A stretch of DNA of 64,000 nt, taken from positions 992,001 to 1,056,000 of the forward strand of contig JBGARZ010000002.1 of assembly GCA_044229975.1 (NCBI GenBank), given 5' to 3'. The position numbers were made by a program, and so were the translations under genes. The DNA is from Polyangiales bacterium (GTDB lineage Bacteria; Myxococcota_A; Polyangia; Polyangiales; Ga0077539). Under the pieces are notes generated by a model. It saw only the letters and a program-made list of their open reading frames with translations. It was not told where the DNA came from and did not search any database. Shown here piece by piece: positions 46,412 through 55,959 of this stretch. Every line of letters starts with the position of its first letter. Position 1 is the stretch's first letter.

Positions 46412-47158
46412 TCAATCTCCGACTGGTGGCGGATCATGGAGCGCCCCGCTCCCCACGCTCACGTCGATGCGGTCGCGGTTGGCGTCGAGAAAGGCCCGAT
46501 ACGCCGCGTACACCGAGAAGCGCACGGTCACCCTCCCCGGCGTGCGCGCCACCACCATCGATCGCCCGACGGCTTCGTCCCCTGCGCCGTGGGCGTCGCA
46601 GTAGCCGGGAGCGCGGCCATCGGGTGGCGCGTCGAGGGTCGCCTCGTTGCCTGAGAGCACCCCGACCTCGCGGACGGACAACCGCAGCGCGCGGGTCGCG
46701 GGCTTCGCGCAGCGCACGCAGGCCCCACCCCACGCGAGGGCGTCGAGGTGCGTCGCGTCGAGCACGCACTCGTACGCCGGGGCGTCGTGCGTTCGCTGAA
46801 ACGGAACCTCGCGCACGACCCCGGTCGAGGCATCGACGTAGATGCCGCACGCGCGACACCGCAGGTCATGGACGCGGGGCCCGAGCACCGGCTCGTCGGC
46901 GAGCTGGACGATGTTGGCGCCGAGGAGCGACCCGCACCCCGGACACGGCGCCACGAAGGGTCGGCGGATGGACAGGAGGGTGAAGGCCGCGGGGATGGCG
47001 AGCACACCGGCCGCGACCCAGGCCCAGCCGCCGACGACGAGCCCGGCCACGCCCGAAGCGGTCGCAAACGAACCCCCGACGAGCGCGCGACGGACGATGA
47101 GCCCGACGTCGCGGCGCACCTCTGTCTGGTCGGGCGATCGTCGGCCGCGCAGGAGCAA
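46412..47158 (-). CDS. Hypothetical membrane protein with putative Zn ribbons
   Basis: Two TM helices, then CPGC..CRAC and CVRC..CDAH; true start may be about 40 nt downstream. Confidence 0.6.
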   Translation of the reverse strand: MLLRGRRSPDQTEVRRDVGLIVRRALVGGSFATASGVAGLVVGGWAWVAAGVLAIPAAFTLLSIRRPFVAPCPGCGSLLGANIVQLADEPVLGPRVHDLRCRACGIYVDASTGVVREVPFQRTHDAPAYECVLDATHLDALAWGGACVRCAKPATRALRLSVREVGVLSGNEATLDAPPDGRAPGYCDAHGAGDEAVGRSMVVARTPGRVTVRFSVYAAYRAFLDANRDRIDVSVGSGALHDPPPVGD

Positions 47159-47188
47159 TGGTCGCCGTCCCCCCTCTGCTCTGCTCTC

Positions 47189-47680
47189 TCAGGCCGCCGA
47201 GGGCTTCTGGGCGGCGGCCACGAGGGCGTCGAGGCGGGCGAGAATCTGCCGCTGGAGGTCGGCGATCTCCTTGAGCGCGGGGTCGCTGCCGAGCGCGCCT
47301 TCGTGGCGTGGCGCCGCGAAGAGCTGGGCGGTGATGGAGGGCCCGGCGGTCATCACGGCGGAGGCGATGGCCTTGCCGGCGTCGGTGCGCGCGAAGATGT
47401 CGGAGTACCCGACGGACAAGCAGGTGGTGATGAACACCAGCGCGTCGGCGGGGGTCTTCACCTTGGGGTTCACCTTGCGCTCGGCCAGGTAGAACAGCAG
47501 CGTCCCTCCGGTGATGGTCGCCAACGCGGAGTCGATGGGGTCGCGGGCCACGACGGCGCGCGCAGAGTCCTTCGCGGACGACCAGGCGTTGCCGTCGCCG
47601 AGGATGCTTGAGAGGGCCTGGGAGGCCACCTGGCCGAGGACCTTCATCGCCTTCGGGTCGAGCTTCCTGGGGGTGCTCAT
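47189..47680 (-). CDS. Two-TM ion-channel (Ion_trans_2, KcsA-like) domain protein
   Basis: 'LFYLAER..DALVFITTCLSVGYSDIFARTDAGKAIAS..G'; C-terminal coiled coil. Confidence 0.75.
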   Translation of the reverse strand: MSTPRKLDPKAMKVLGQVASQALSSILGDGNAWSSAKDSARAVVARDPIDSALATITGGTLLFYLAERKVNPKVKTPADALVFITTCLSVGYSDIFARTDAGKAIASAVMTAGPSITAQLFAAPRHEGALGSDPALKEIADLQRQILARLDALVAAAQKPSAA

Positions 47681-47829
47681 CGGGGCCCAACGATGCCCCA
47701 CGCGGCGGCCCCTTGCACGCGCCAAACAAACGGCCGCGCCGACGATGCTTGACAGGGCTTCGCGGAACCAGCCATAGGCGTCGACGGTCGCGACGGAGAC
47801 GGTCTTGTAGCTTCGCTTGAGGTGCCGAC

Positions 47830-49143
47830 ATGAGCGACGATCGACTCACCGGCGAGGAGCTGCACGACGCCTGGGCCGTGTTGTCGCCCGCCGAGCGCTT
47901 GGAAGGTTTCCAACACCTGGAGCGCTCTGAGGCGGACGAGTTCTTCCTCGGGCTCTCGACGCACGAGCAGGCGACGATGCTCCGCGTGATGCGCGAGGGC
48001 GAGCGCCGCTTGTGGCTGCGGTTGCTGGCCCCCGACGACGCCGCCGACCTCCTGCAAGAGCTCTCGGAGGACGAGCGGGTGGCCTGTCTCGGGCAGCTCG
48101 ACGACGCCTCGCGCCGCGAGGTGACGGCCCTCATGGCCTACGCCGAGGACGCCGCCGGCGGTCTGATGAGCCCCCGCTTCGCGCGGCTGCGTCCCAGCAT
48201 GACCGTCGACGAGGCCATCCGGTACCTGCGGCGGCAGGCGCGCGAGCGGCTGGAGACCATCTACTACGCGTACGTTCTCGACCAGGAGCAGCGCATCCAG
48301 GGGGTGGTGACCTTCCGCGACCTGTTCATGGCGCCGGGGGCCAAGCCGCTCGCAGAGGTGATGCACACGCAGGTCATCTCGGTGCCCGACACCATGGACC
48401 AGGAGGCCGTCGCGCGGGTCATCGCCGAGCACGACCTCAACGCGCTGCCCGTGGTCGACGCCGACGGTCGCATGAAGGGCATCGTGACGGTCGACGACAT
48501 CGTCGACGTGGTGCAGCACGAGGCCACCGAGGACATCCAGAAGCTGGGCGGCATGGAGGCCCTCGACACGCCGTACATGGAGACGGCCTTCGGCGCGATG
48601 GTGCAGAAGCGCGGAGGCTGGCTCGTGGTGCTCTTCCTCGGCGAGATGCTCACGGCCAGCGCGATGGCCCACTACGAGCACGACATCGCGCGCGCCGTGG
48701 TGCTCACCCTCTTCATCCCGCTCATCATCTCCAGCGGCGGCAACTCGGGGTCGCAGGCCACCACGCTCATCATCCGCGCGATGGCGCTCGGCGAGGTGTC
48801 GGGCCGCGACTGGGCGCGCATCATCCGCCGTGAGCTGGCCGTGGGCCTCGCGCTCGGCGGGATGCTCGCGGTCATCGGCGTCATCCGCGTCATCGCGTGG
48901 CCGTCGGCCGCCACCGTCTACGGTGCGGCGTACGTGCGGGTCGCGCTCACGGTGGGGTGCAGCCTGCTGGGCGTGGTGATGTGGGGCACCATCGCGGGTT
49001 CGATGCTGCCGCTCATCGCGAAGCGACTGGGCTTCGACCCGGCCACGGCGTCGGCGCCCTTCGTGGCGACGCTGGTCGACGTCGCCGGGCTCGTCATCTA
49101 CTTCAACGTCGCGCAGGTGCTGCTGCGCGGAACGCTGCTCTAG
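47830..49143 (+). CDS. mgtE: Magnesium transporter MgtE
   Basis: MgtE_N, CBS pair ('AGGLM', 'LPVVD..GIVTVDD'), 'PLIISSGGNSGSQ', 'DPATASAPFVATLVD'. Confidence 0.95.
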   Translation: MSDDRLTGEELHDAWAVLSPAERLEGFQHLERSEADEFFLGLSTHEQATMLRVMREGERRLWLRLLAPDDAADLLQELSEDERVACLGQLDDASRREVTALMAYAEDAAGGLMSPRFARLRPSMTVDEAIRYLRRQARERLETIYYAYVLDQEQRIQGVVTFRDLFMAPGAKPLAEVMHTQVISVPDTMDQEAVARVIAEHDLNALPVVDADGRMKGIVTVDDIVDVVQHEATEDIQKLGGMEALDTPYMETAFGAMVQKRGGWLVVLFLGEMLTASAMAHYEHDIARAVVLTLFIPLIISSGGNSGSQATTLIIRAMALGEVSGRDWARIIRRELAVGLALGGMLAVIGVIRVIAWPSAATVYGAAYVRVALTVGCSLLGVVMWGTIAGSMLPLIAKRLGFDPATASAPFVATLVDVAGLVIYFNVAQVLLRGTLL

Positions 49144-49144
49144 C

Positions 49145-50485
49145 TCACAGCCCCGCGTCGCCAAGCAGGCGGCCGAGGAAGTCGTAGCGCTCTTGCAGGA
49201 AGTGCGGCACCTCGCCGTCCGCGGCGTAGAGGTTGTCGTACTGCTCGGCGCCGAAGGGGCTGCCCGGCACCGCGAGCAGCAGCGCCCGCACCTGGGCGTA
49301 CTTCATGGCGAGGAGCGGCAGCGTGATGGCCGGGTCCATGGCCGCGCGGGCCACCTGGAGGTCACGGCGGTACTGCGCGCGCAGCTCGGGGTCTTCGAGG
49401 AGCGCCGTCAGGTGGCTGCGGTACTCGGCCGGGTTGCTCGGCACGAAGGGGTCGGCCCCGGCGTCGGGCTCCAGCGCCGGAACCTCGTCCCAATCATCAC
49501 CGAGCGGCCGCGCGATGTTGGTCATGTTGTTCTGCACGAGCACCCAGTTGTACGGGTAGTCCGGGTAGTTATCGCCGGGCGCAAGGGCCTTCACCGCGGC
49601 CGACCACTGGAGGTAGGCGGGGATGTCGAGCATCGTCGAGAGCGTGGCCCGATCGAAGGTTCGGCAGAAGGTTCCGATGAAGCCCGTGGTCGGCGCGAGG
49701 TAGCAGCCGTTTTCGTGGAAGGTGACGTCGCGCGTGCCTTCGAGGCGCTGGCCGAGGTCGCGGTTTACGTCCTCGGTGAGCGTCTCGACGTTGTAGAGCG
49801 CGTCGTTGAAGTAGATCGCGACGACGTTGGTGTACTTGTAGTGGATGCGCAGGTCGGGGCGCGCGAGGGCCACGCGGCGCATCACGCCAACCGAGAGCCA
49901 CTCGTGCAGCGCGTAGCAGCGCCCGCGGTCGGTCTCGAAGCGGTCGCTGCGGTAGCCGTCGGGGAAGGTGATCGCCGAAGGGAAGTCGAGGCGAAACTGC
50001 CGCAGCATGGCGCAGCTCGAGTTGTTGCCGAGGCGCTGGCGGATGGTGCCGGTGTACGTCCCGCCCATGTACCGGAGCGTCATGGGGACGCGCGTCTCGT
50101 TGCCCATGGTGAGCATCGTCGCGAGGTCGGCGGGCGCGATGGTGATGCGAAACTCCGGCAGCGTCTCGTCGCGCCACATCGTCGGCAGCGCCGTCCCACC
50201 GTCGGCGCCCGCGTCCTCGGCGTCGCCCGTCGCGTCGCCGAGGTCGCTCGTCGCGTCCATCGGGCTTGCGTCCGTGAGCCCCGCATCACCGATGTCCGTC
50301 GCCGTCGCGTCGTCGCCCGCGTCCGTCGGTGACGACGGAACATCGCCCCCCGTGTCGGTCGACAGGTCGTTGGTGACCTCGACGTCCGTGGACATCGCCG
50401 CGTCCGCCGCGGGCTCTGGATCGGAGCAGGAGGCGAGCGCGAAGACACCGAGCAACACGAGGCCGGGAGCGTGGAGGTTTCTCAT
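49145..50485 (-). CDS. CotH-kinase-like lipoprotein
   Basis: Lipobox 'LASC', Asp/Ala-rich linker, 'LPEFRITI', 'IRQRLGNNS', 'GDNY..N', 'PLGDDWDE'. Confidence 0.62.
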   Translation of the reverse strand: MRNLHAPGLVLLGVFALASCSDPEPAADAAMSTDVEVTNDLSTDTGGDVPSSPTDAGDDATATDIGDAGLTDASPMDATSDLGDATGDAEDAGADGGTALPTMWRDETLPEFRITIAPADLATMLTMGNETRVPMTLRYMGGTYTGTIRQRLGNNSSCAMLRQFRLDFPSAITFPDGYRSDRFETDRGRCYALHEWLSVGVMRRVALARPDLRIHYKYTNVVAIYFNDALYNVETLTEDVNRDLGQRLEGTRDVTFHENGCYLAPTTGFIGTFCRTFDRATLSTMLDIPAYLQWSAAVKALAPGDNYPDYPYNWVLVQNNMTNIARPLGDDWDEVPALEPDAGADPFVPSNPAEYRSHLTALLEDPELRAQYRRDLQVARAAMDPAITLPLLAMKYAQVRALLLAVPGSPFGAEQYDNLYAADGEVPHFLQERYDFLGRLLGDAGL

Positions 50486-50571
50486 TGCGGGGGTCGGGGA
50501 GCCTATCAGTCCTTGGTGCCGCACCGGGGATCAGCTTGACGGCCACCGCAGACCCGACAGAGTCTATTTGA

Positions 50572-51675
50572 ATGCCTGATGCATCTACCATAGTGAACGC
50601 GGCGGACACCCCCGCGGTCGAGCTCGCCGACACCTGGCTGCGGGTCTACCTCGGTGGTGGGCGCGGTCCCGCGGACTTCCACTACCGCTGGCTCCGTCAC
50701 TGGTGCGACCGCGAGCGCCACCCCACCACGCGCGAGCGCACCCTCGACTCCTCCGACCTGCCCGACCTCGTCACGCCGCGCGAGGCCCGCATCGACGGCG
50801 ACGAGCTCTGGGTGCGCTGGGCCCCCGACGACCACGAGAGCCGCTACCCCCTCGCCTGGCTCGACCGACACGCCTACGGGCGCAACCGCGCGACTACCAC
50901 ACCGCCCTCGGACATCGCTCCGTTGGAGCTACACGCCGACGGCGCCGCCGACCCCGCGGTCATCGCCCGAGCGCTTGAGCTCGTGGGGGTTCATGGCGCC
51001 GCGGTGCTGCGCCGCACCGACCCGTCGCGCGCCCGGCCCGAGGAGGAGACCGAGGCCATCGCGGCGGCGATGGAGGCCCACGGGCTCACGGTCATCCCGA
51101 CGCACTTCGGGCGCATCGAGGACCTGCGCACGGACAACACCACCAACAGCAACACCGACCAGCTCGGGTACACCGACGCGCCGATTCAGCTCCACACCGA
51201 CCAGCCCTTCCTCGATCATCCGCCGCGCTATCAGCTGCTCCAGAGCGTTCGCTCGGCGGACGAGGGCGGGGCCAACTTCCTCGTCGACGCGCGCGCCGCG
51301 GCCCGGCATCTGCGCCACGTCGATCGGGCCGCGTACGAGCTCCTCGTCCACACCCCGGTGACCTTCCACCGCCAGCAGAAGAACTTCGACCGCGTCGTCG
51401 TCTCCCCCATGCTGCGCGACCCCGACGACGACACCTTCATGGTGCGCTACTCGTACTTCACCCTCGCACCGTACTCGCTCCCCTTCGACGAGATGGACGC
51501 CTGGTACCGCGCCGTCGACCGCTTCGCCCGCCTCGTCCGCGAGCCGCGCCATCAGCTCAAGCTCGCGCTGCGCCCCGGCGAGTGGCTGCTCTACGACAAC
51601 CACCGGATGCTCCACGCCCGCACCGGGTTCCGCGGCCCTCGCTGGGTCCGCGGCGTGTACTTCGACCGCGCCTGA
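50572..51675 (+). CDS. TauD/TfdA Fe(II)/2-oxoglutarate dioxygenase, gamma-butyrobetaine/trimethyllysine hydroxylase-like
   Basis: N-terminal 'WLRHWC..W..DHESRYPLAWL' (GBBH N-domain), 'LHTD', 'DNHRMLHARTGF..R'; the start may be GTG 50593. Confidence 0.85.
   Translation: MPDASTIVNAADTPAVELADTWLRVYLGGGRGPADFHYRWLRHWCDRERHPTTRERTLDSSDLPDLVTPREARIDGDELWVRWAPDDHESRYPLAWLDRHAYGRNRATTTPPSDIAPLELHADGAADPAVIARALELVGVHGAAVLRRTDPSRARPEEETEAIAAAMEAHGLTVIPTHFGRIEDLRTDNTTNSNTDQLGYTDAPIQLHTDQPFLDHPPRYQLLQSVRSADEGGANFLVDARAAARHLRHVDRAAYELLVHTPVTFHRQQKNFDRVVVSPMLRDPDDDTFMVRYSYFTLAPYSLPFDEMDAWYRAVDRFARLVREPRHQLKLALRPGEWLLYDNHRMLHARTGFRGPRWVRGVYFDRA
50583..50598. promoter_or_regulatory. Putative operator ATCTACCATAGTGAAC
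   Basis: Matches the 16-bp palindromic consensus seen at 51784, 51804, 53519, 53594 and 53614. Confidence 0.55.
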
Positions 51676-51783
51676 CCGCCGCTCCCGCCTCTCGTATCCC
51701 ACTCCATTCCTTCAGCATCATCAGCACATCGAGTGACAGCTGACGCTCGCCCGCGAGTCGACGAATTCGTTTGCCCACACATC

Positions 51784-51819
51784 ATCCACAATTATAGACG
51801 AATGTTCAGAATACTAGAT
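51784..51819. promoter_or_regulatory. Tandem putative operators ATCCACAATTATAGAC and GTTCAGAATACTAGAT
   Basis: Two imperfect 16-bp palindromes with a 20-bp period, in an AT-rich stretch 43 nt upstream of the PBP gene. Confidence 0.65.
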
Positions 51820-51862
51820 GGCGTCCGGCGACCCTGCGCCGCGCGCCGGAAAGGTCTGACGA

Positions 51863-53038
51863 ATGGCACGACGACCCCCCGTCCCCCTCCTCGGAGCGGC
51901 GGCCGCCCTCGCGGCGCTGCTGCTCCCCGTCGCCGCGCAGGCGGTGGACTGCGACACGCTGACGAACCCGATCTACGGCACGGGCGGCAGCGCGCAGAAG
52001 CCCCTCCTCGCGCTGCTCGCGGCGCGGCTCGCGGCCCTCTCCCCGCCGCGCACGCTGGTCTACTCGTCGCCGGGCGCGTGCTTCGCCATCAACGCCTTCA
52101 CCGCCACGCCGACGCGCATCACCGGCACGCCCAGCTACTGGACCGCGGGCGGCGTCGAGGCGACCTGCACGGTCCCGGTCACAGGGCAGGCGGCCGACTT
52201 CGGGTGCATGGGAAACTCGGTCACGCAGTGCGCGGGCATCACGGCGCTCCCCGCCGGCGTCGGCGAGGTCGAAGGCCCCGTCACCGCCTGGAACTTCTTC
52301 GTCCCCGCGGCCTCGTCGCAGCAGTCGATCAGCAGCGCGGCGGCCTACTTCGTCTTCGGCTTCGGCAACACCGGGGGCGTCGCCCCGTGGACCAACGAGG
52401 CCTTCATCATCCGCCGCGACGAGAACTCCGCCGCGCAGATCTTCATGGGCCTCGCCGCGGGCGTTCCCCCGACGCGCTTCCGCGGCGTCGACGCGATGAC
52501 CAACGGGCGCTCGATCTCCCTCGTGGCCATGGCGGGCACCCCCGAGCAGGCCATCGGCTTCGCCAGCGCCGACAACGTCGACGCCAACCGTGCCACGGTG
52601 CGCACGCTGGCCTATCAGCACACCGACCAGAGCTGCGGGTACTGGCCCGACTCGACGGTCACCTCCTTCGACAAGGCCAACGTCCGCGACGGCCACTACT
52701 GGCTCTGGTCGCCCGCGCGTCTGATCGTTCCGGTCGGGAGCGACGGACAGCCCAGCAACCCCCTCACCCGCGAGCTGGTCAACTACTGGAACGGCTCCGT
52801 CGAGACCCCCGAGGTTCCCTTCACCGAGGTGCAGATTCGCAGCCGCAGCATCCCGCAGTGCGCCATGCAGGTCTGGCGCAACGGCGACCTCGGCGCGCTC
52901 TACAGCCGGGCGCCGAGCGCCCCCTGCAACTGCCTCTTCTCACAGATCGCCACCGGCTCCACCACCTGCGCGCCGTGCTCCGCCACGACCGCGTGCGCCA
53001 CCGGCGTCTGCCGCCACGGCTACTGCGAGGCCTACTGA
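51863..53038 (+). CDS. Secreted substrate-binding protein (PstS/PBP2-like fold) with Cys-rich tail
   Basis: Signal peptide (AAQA|V); 'IYGTGGSAQKP', 'YSSPGAC', 'IIRRDENSAAQ', 'AIGFAS', 'GHYWLW' parallel PstS-like motifs. Confidence 0.65.
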   Translation: MARRPPVPLLGAAAALAALLLPVAAQAVDCDTLTNPIYGTGGSAQKPLLALLAARLAALSPPRTLVYSSPGACFAINAFTATPTRITGTPSYWTAGGVEATCTVPVTGQAADFGCMGNSVTQCAGITALPAGVGEVEGPVTAWNFFVPAASSQQSISSAAAYFVFGFGNTGGVAPWTNEAFIIRRDENSAAQIFMGLAAGVPPTRFRGVDAMTNGRSISLVAMAGTPEQAIGFASADNVDANRATVRTLAYQHTDQSCGYWPDSTVTSFDKANVRDGHYWLWSPARLIVPVGSDGQPSNPLTRELVNYWNGSVETPEVPFTEVQIRSRSIPQCAMQVWRNGDLGALYSRAPSAPCNCLFSQIATGSTTCAPCSATTACATGVCRHGYCEAY

Positions 53039-53039
53039 T

Positions 53040-53483
53040 ATGCGCGCCACCATCCTGACTCTCGGCGCGCTCGCGCTCGCCCTCTCGCTCGGCTGCGACA
53101 AGGCCGAAGAGGCCGCCCCCACCGACAGCGGGCCCATCGTTCGCGACGTGGGCTTTGCCGACACCCATACAGTCACCGACACGCCGGTTGTGACCGATGC
53201 GCAGACGCCCGGGGACAACCCCGTCATCACCGACACGCCCGTGGTGACCGACGTGCAGACGACCGACGGCGGCGCCCCCGACGTCCAGGCGATCGACGTT
53301 CCGGCGGACACCGGGCCAGCGGACGCCGGGAGCTGCGAGGGCGACGGCGGATGCTTCGCCTGCACTCCGACATCGTCGGTGCAGTTCCTCAACCGTTGCA
53401 CCACCGCGAGCTGCGCGCGCTTCGACAACGCCGCGCGCCTCACCCGCCTCAACGCCGACGGGGGCCTTCCCCCGCTGCCTTGA
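53040..53483 (+). CDS. Small lipoprotein with TDTPVV repeats and a Cys-rich C-terminus
   Basis: Lipobox 'SLGC'; 'GCFACTP..QFLNRCT..C..FDN..RL'. Confidence 0.75.
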   Translation: MRATILTLGALALALSLGCDKAEEAAPTDSGPIVRDVGFADTHTVTDTPVVTDAQTPGDNPVITDTPVVTDVQTTDGGAPDVQAIDVPADTGPADAGSCEGDGGCFACTPTSSVQFLNRCTTASCARFDNAARLTRLNADGGLPPLP

Positions 53484-53518
53484 GCTCGAGCCCCCACGTC
53501 TCTCCAGACGCCCATCAC

Positions 53519-53629
53519 CTCTACTATTCTAGATGCCACGATCGAAGCCGGGGCCGCTCATCTAATTTTCTCGAACTGGCTTGCGGCATCGCGATCTACA
53601 ATTGTAGACACACTTTCATCATAGTGGAT
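53519..53629. promoter_or_regulatory. Putative operators CTCTACTATTCTAGAT (53519), ATCTACAATTGTAGAC (53594) and TTTCATCATAGTGGAT (53614)
   Basis: Same 16-bp palindrome; the last two have a 20-bp period; TCTACAATTGTAGA is a perfect 14-bp palindrome. Confidence 0.65.
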
Positions 53630-53696
53630 GCTTTCGACGGTGCTGGGCGCCCGTCGCCCTTGAGCCCGTCGACCGACGCCGGAGACCGCCGTACCG

Positions 53697-55016
53697 ATGC
53701 ACCCCCGCCACCTCGCCTCCGTGTTTGGCGCAGCGCTGCTGAGCCCCGTCGTCGCCTTCGCGCAGCCCGCCCCCGGGACTCCCGCGACCGAGGGCTCGCT
53801 GCTCCCCATCCGCACGGCGCCGTCGATGTTCGACGGCAACCGGGTGCTCGACCCGGTAGGGCTCGTGGTGTCGGGGTACGTGCAGGCCCAGCTCGAAAAC
53901 TCGCAGCTCTCCGAAGACCAGCTTCAGCAGGGAGGCGTTCCGCTCAACCGCGATCGCTTCGTGCTGCGGCGCGGGCGACTGCGCCTCGACGGGAGCTGGC
54001 GCTGGGCGACCTTCGCCCTGGAGATCGACGGCAGCACCACGCGGGGGCTCTTCTTCGGTCTGCGGCGCGCCGAGGCGTCGCTGCTCTGGCGCAACCCGCA
54101 GCGAGGGGCGCCGCCGTGGGTGATGCTCACCGCCGGGCTCACGGAGATTCCCTTCGGATACGAGCTGTCGGCGGGCGTTCGCAGCCGCGTCTTCATGGAG
54201 CGCTCGCTCGCCTCGCTGGCGTTCTTCCGCGGCGAGCCCGACGTCGGCGCGCGCCTCTCCGGCGGCATCGGGTGGTTTCGCTACGCCGTCGCCGTGATGA
54301 ACGGCACGCCCCTCGACGACCGCGCGGGCACCACCTACGCCGAGACCACCTCCGCGATGGACGTCATCGGTCGCGTGGGCGTCGACCTCGCTCCCTCCGA
54401 ACGCTTCCGCGTGGCGGGCGGCGTGTCCTTCCTCACCGGCACCGGCTTCCACGCGGGCGCCGACGCGACGCCCAACTCGGTGGTGTGGCGCGACCTCAAT
54501 GAAAACAGCGTCATCGACGGCGCCGAGCTCACCGCGCAGCCCGGCAGCGCCGCCACGCCGTCGCTCACGTTTCAGCACTGGGCCGTCAACGCCGACCTCC
54601 AGCTCGCGCTGCGCACCCGCCTCGGGTGGACGCGCCTCTATGGCGAGTTCAGCCTCGCCACCAACCTCGATCGCTCGGTGTTTCCGTCCGACCCCATCAC
54701 GGCGGGCGCTGATGTCCGGCAGCTCGGTGCCTACGTCGCGGTCGTGCAGGAGGTCACGCGCTACGGGCTCGTCGGGTTCCGCTGGGACTACTACGACGCG
54801 AACTCGGACTTCCTCGACAATCGGCGCGGGCGCTTCGTGCCGGCCAACCTCTCGGTGCAGACCTTCTCGCCGGTCGTGGGCGTGGTGCTGCCCGACCGCG
54901 GCAAGCTGCTCTTCCAGTACGACGCCATCGTCGACTCGCTCGCCCGCGATGGCCGCGGTGTGCCCACCGACCTGCGCAACAACCAGTGGACGCTGCGCCT
55001 CCAGATGGGGTTCTGA
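53697..55016 (+). CDS. Outer-membrane porin (OprO/OprP-like beta-barrel)
   Basis: Signal peptide; 'SGYVQAQ..FVLRRGRL', 'G..EIPFGYE..FMERS', 'DVGA'; C-terminal Phe. Confidence 0.75.
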   Translation: MHPRHLASVFGAALLSPVVAFAQPAPGTPATEGSLLPIRTAPSMFDGNRVLDPVGLVVSGYVQAQLENSQLSEDQLQQGGVPLNRDRFVLRRGRLRLDGSWRWATFALEIDGSTTRGLFFGLRRAEASLLWRNPQRGAPPWVMLTAGLTEIPFGYELSAGVRSRVFMERSLASLAFFRGEPDVGARLSGGIGWFRYAVAVMNGTPLDDRAGTTYAETTSAMDVIGRVGVDLAPSERFRVAGGVSFLTGTGFHAGADATPNSVVWRDLNENSVIDGAELTAQPGSAATPSLTFQHWAVNADLQLALRTRLGWTRLYGEFSLATNLDRSVFPSDPITAGADVRQLGAYVAVVQEVTRYGLVGFRWDYYDANSDFLDNRRGRFVPANLSVQTFSPVVGVVLPDRGKLLFQYDAIVDSLARDGRGVPTDLRNNQWTLRLQMGF

Positions 55017-55018
55017 CC

Positions 55019-55954
55019 ATGCGCCGCGCAGCCCTCTCCCTCGCGCTCGTGCTCGCTTCGTGCGGAGGCGAACGAAACCCCTCCGGCCTCGAAGAGCCCT
55101 TCCGCGTTCGCAACGCCCAGTTTCGCGAGGGTGACCTCCCGGGCACGGCTCCCGGTGATGCCGGTGTATCGACCACCACGCCAGCGATCACCGCGCTGGA
55201 GAGCGCCAACGCGCTGCTGCGATTGCGCCAGCCGGGCAAGGTGTTCTCGGGGCGAACCAACCCGCGAGGCGCCACCGTGGGCGTGCGCTTTCCGACGCTG
55301 GGCACCGGGTGGTGGCAGATCAACGTCGGCGGGCCCGACCCGACCTTCGACAACGACTACACCTGGACCCTCCAGGCCGACTTCTCCGACGCCCTCCCGA
55401 CGGGGCTCCAGACGCTGCGCTTCGTGGCCCTCGACGAAGCAGGCCGCGCGGGCGAGCAGCGCGACTACCGCGTCTGCGTGCTGCCCGACGTCCCCGACAA
55501 CCTCAACGCCTGCGACCCCACCATCGTCCCGCCCGACACGGTCATCTCCCTCGCGTGGGAAGAGGACGTCGACCTCGACCTCGTCGTGGTCACCCCCGAG
55601 GGCCGCGTCGTCGACGCCCGCCACCCGAGCGCCGAGACGCCCGCCACGCGCACCAGCGGCGCGCTCGATCGCAACTCCAACGCCAACTGCGCCGTCGACT
55701 CCATCCGCCGCGAAAACCTTGTCTTCCAGGGCGCACCCTCCCCCGGCCTCTACCGCATCTACGCCAACCTCTTCAGCGCCTGCGGGCGGCCCGCGACGCG
55801 TTATCGGGCGACGGTCCATCTGCGCGAGATCCTCGAAGGCGGTCGCACCAGCGGCGTGCGCGAGACCTTCCGCCGCGAGGGCCTGCTCACCGCCATCGCG
55901 GCCAACGGCGGCGCCGCGCTCGGGACCTTCGTCGGCGAGGTCTCGCTGCCGTGA
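55019..55954 (+). CDS. Lipoprotein (YfaP-like 'WEEDVDLDLVV' domain)
   Basis: Lipobox 'LASC'; 'ISLAWEEDVDLDLVVVTPEG..LDR..C..ENL'. Confidence 0.7.
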   Translation: MRRAALSLALVLASCGGERNPSGLEEPFRVRNAQFREGDLPGTAPGDAGVSTTTPAITALESANALLRLRQPGKVFSGRTNPRGATVGVRFPTLGTGWWQINVGGPDPTFDNDYTWTLQADFSDALPTGLQTLRFVALDEAGRAGEQRDYRVCVLPDVPDNLNACDPTIVPPDTVISLAWEEDVDLDLVVVTPEGRVVDARHPSAETPATRTSGALDRNSNANCAVDSIRRENLVFQGAPSPGLYRIYANLFSACGRPATRYRATVHLREILEGGRTSGVRETFRREGLLTAIAANGGAALGTFVGEVSLP

Positions 55955-55959
55955 GGCCG

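Noticed and set aside
51794..51810. Myxococcus-type LexA box (..GTTCAG)
   Set aside because: Only a partial match, and better explained by the tandem 16-bp palindromes shared with the other promoters.
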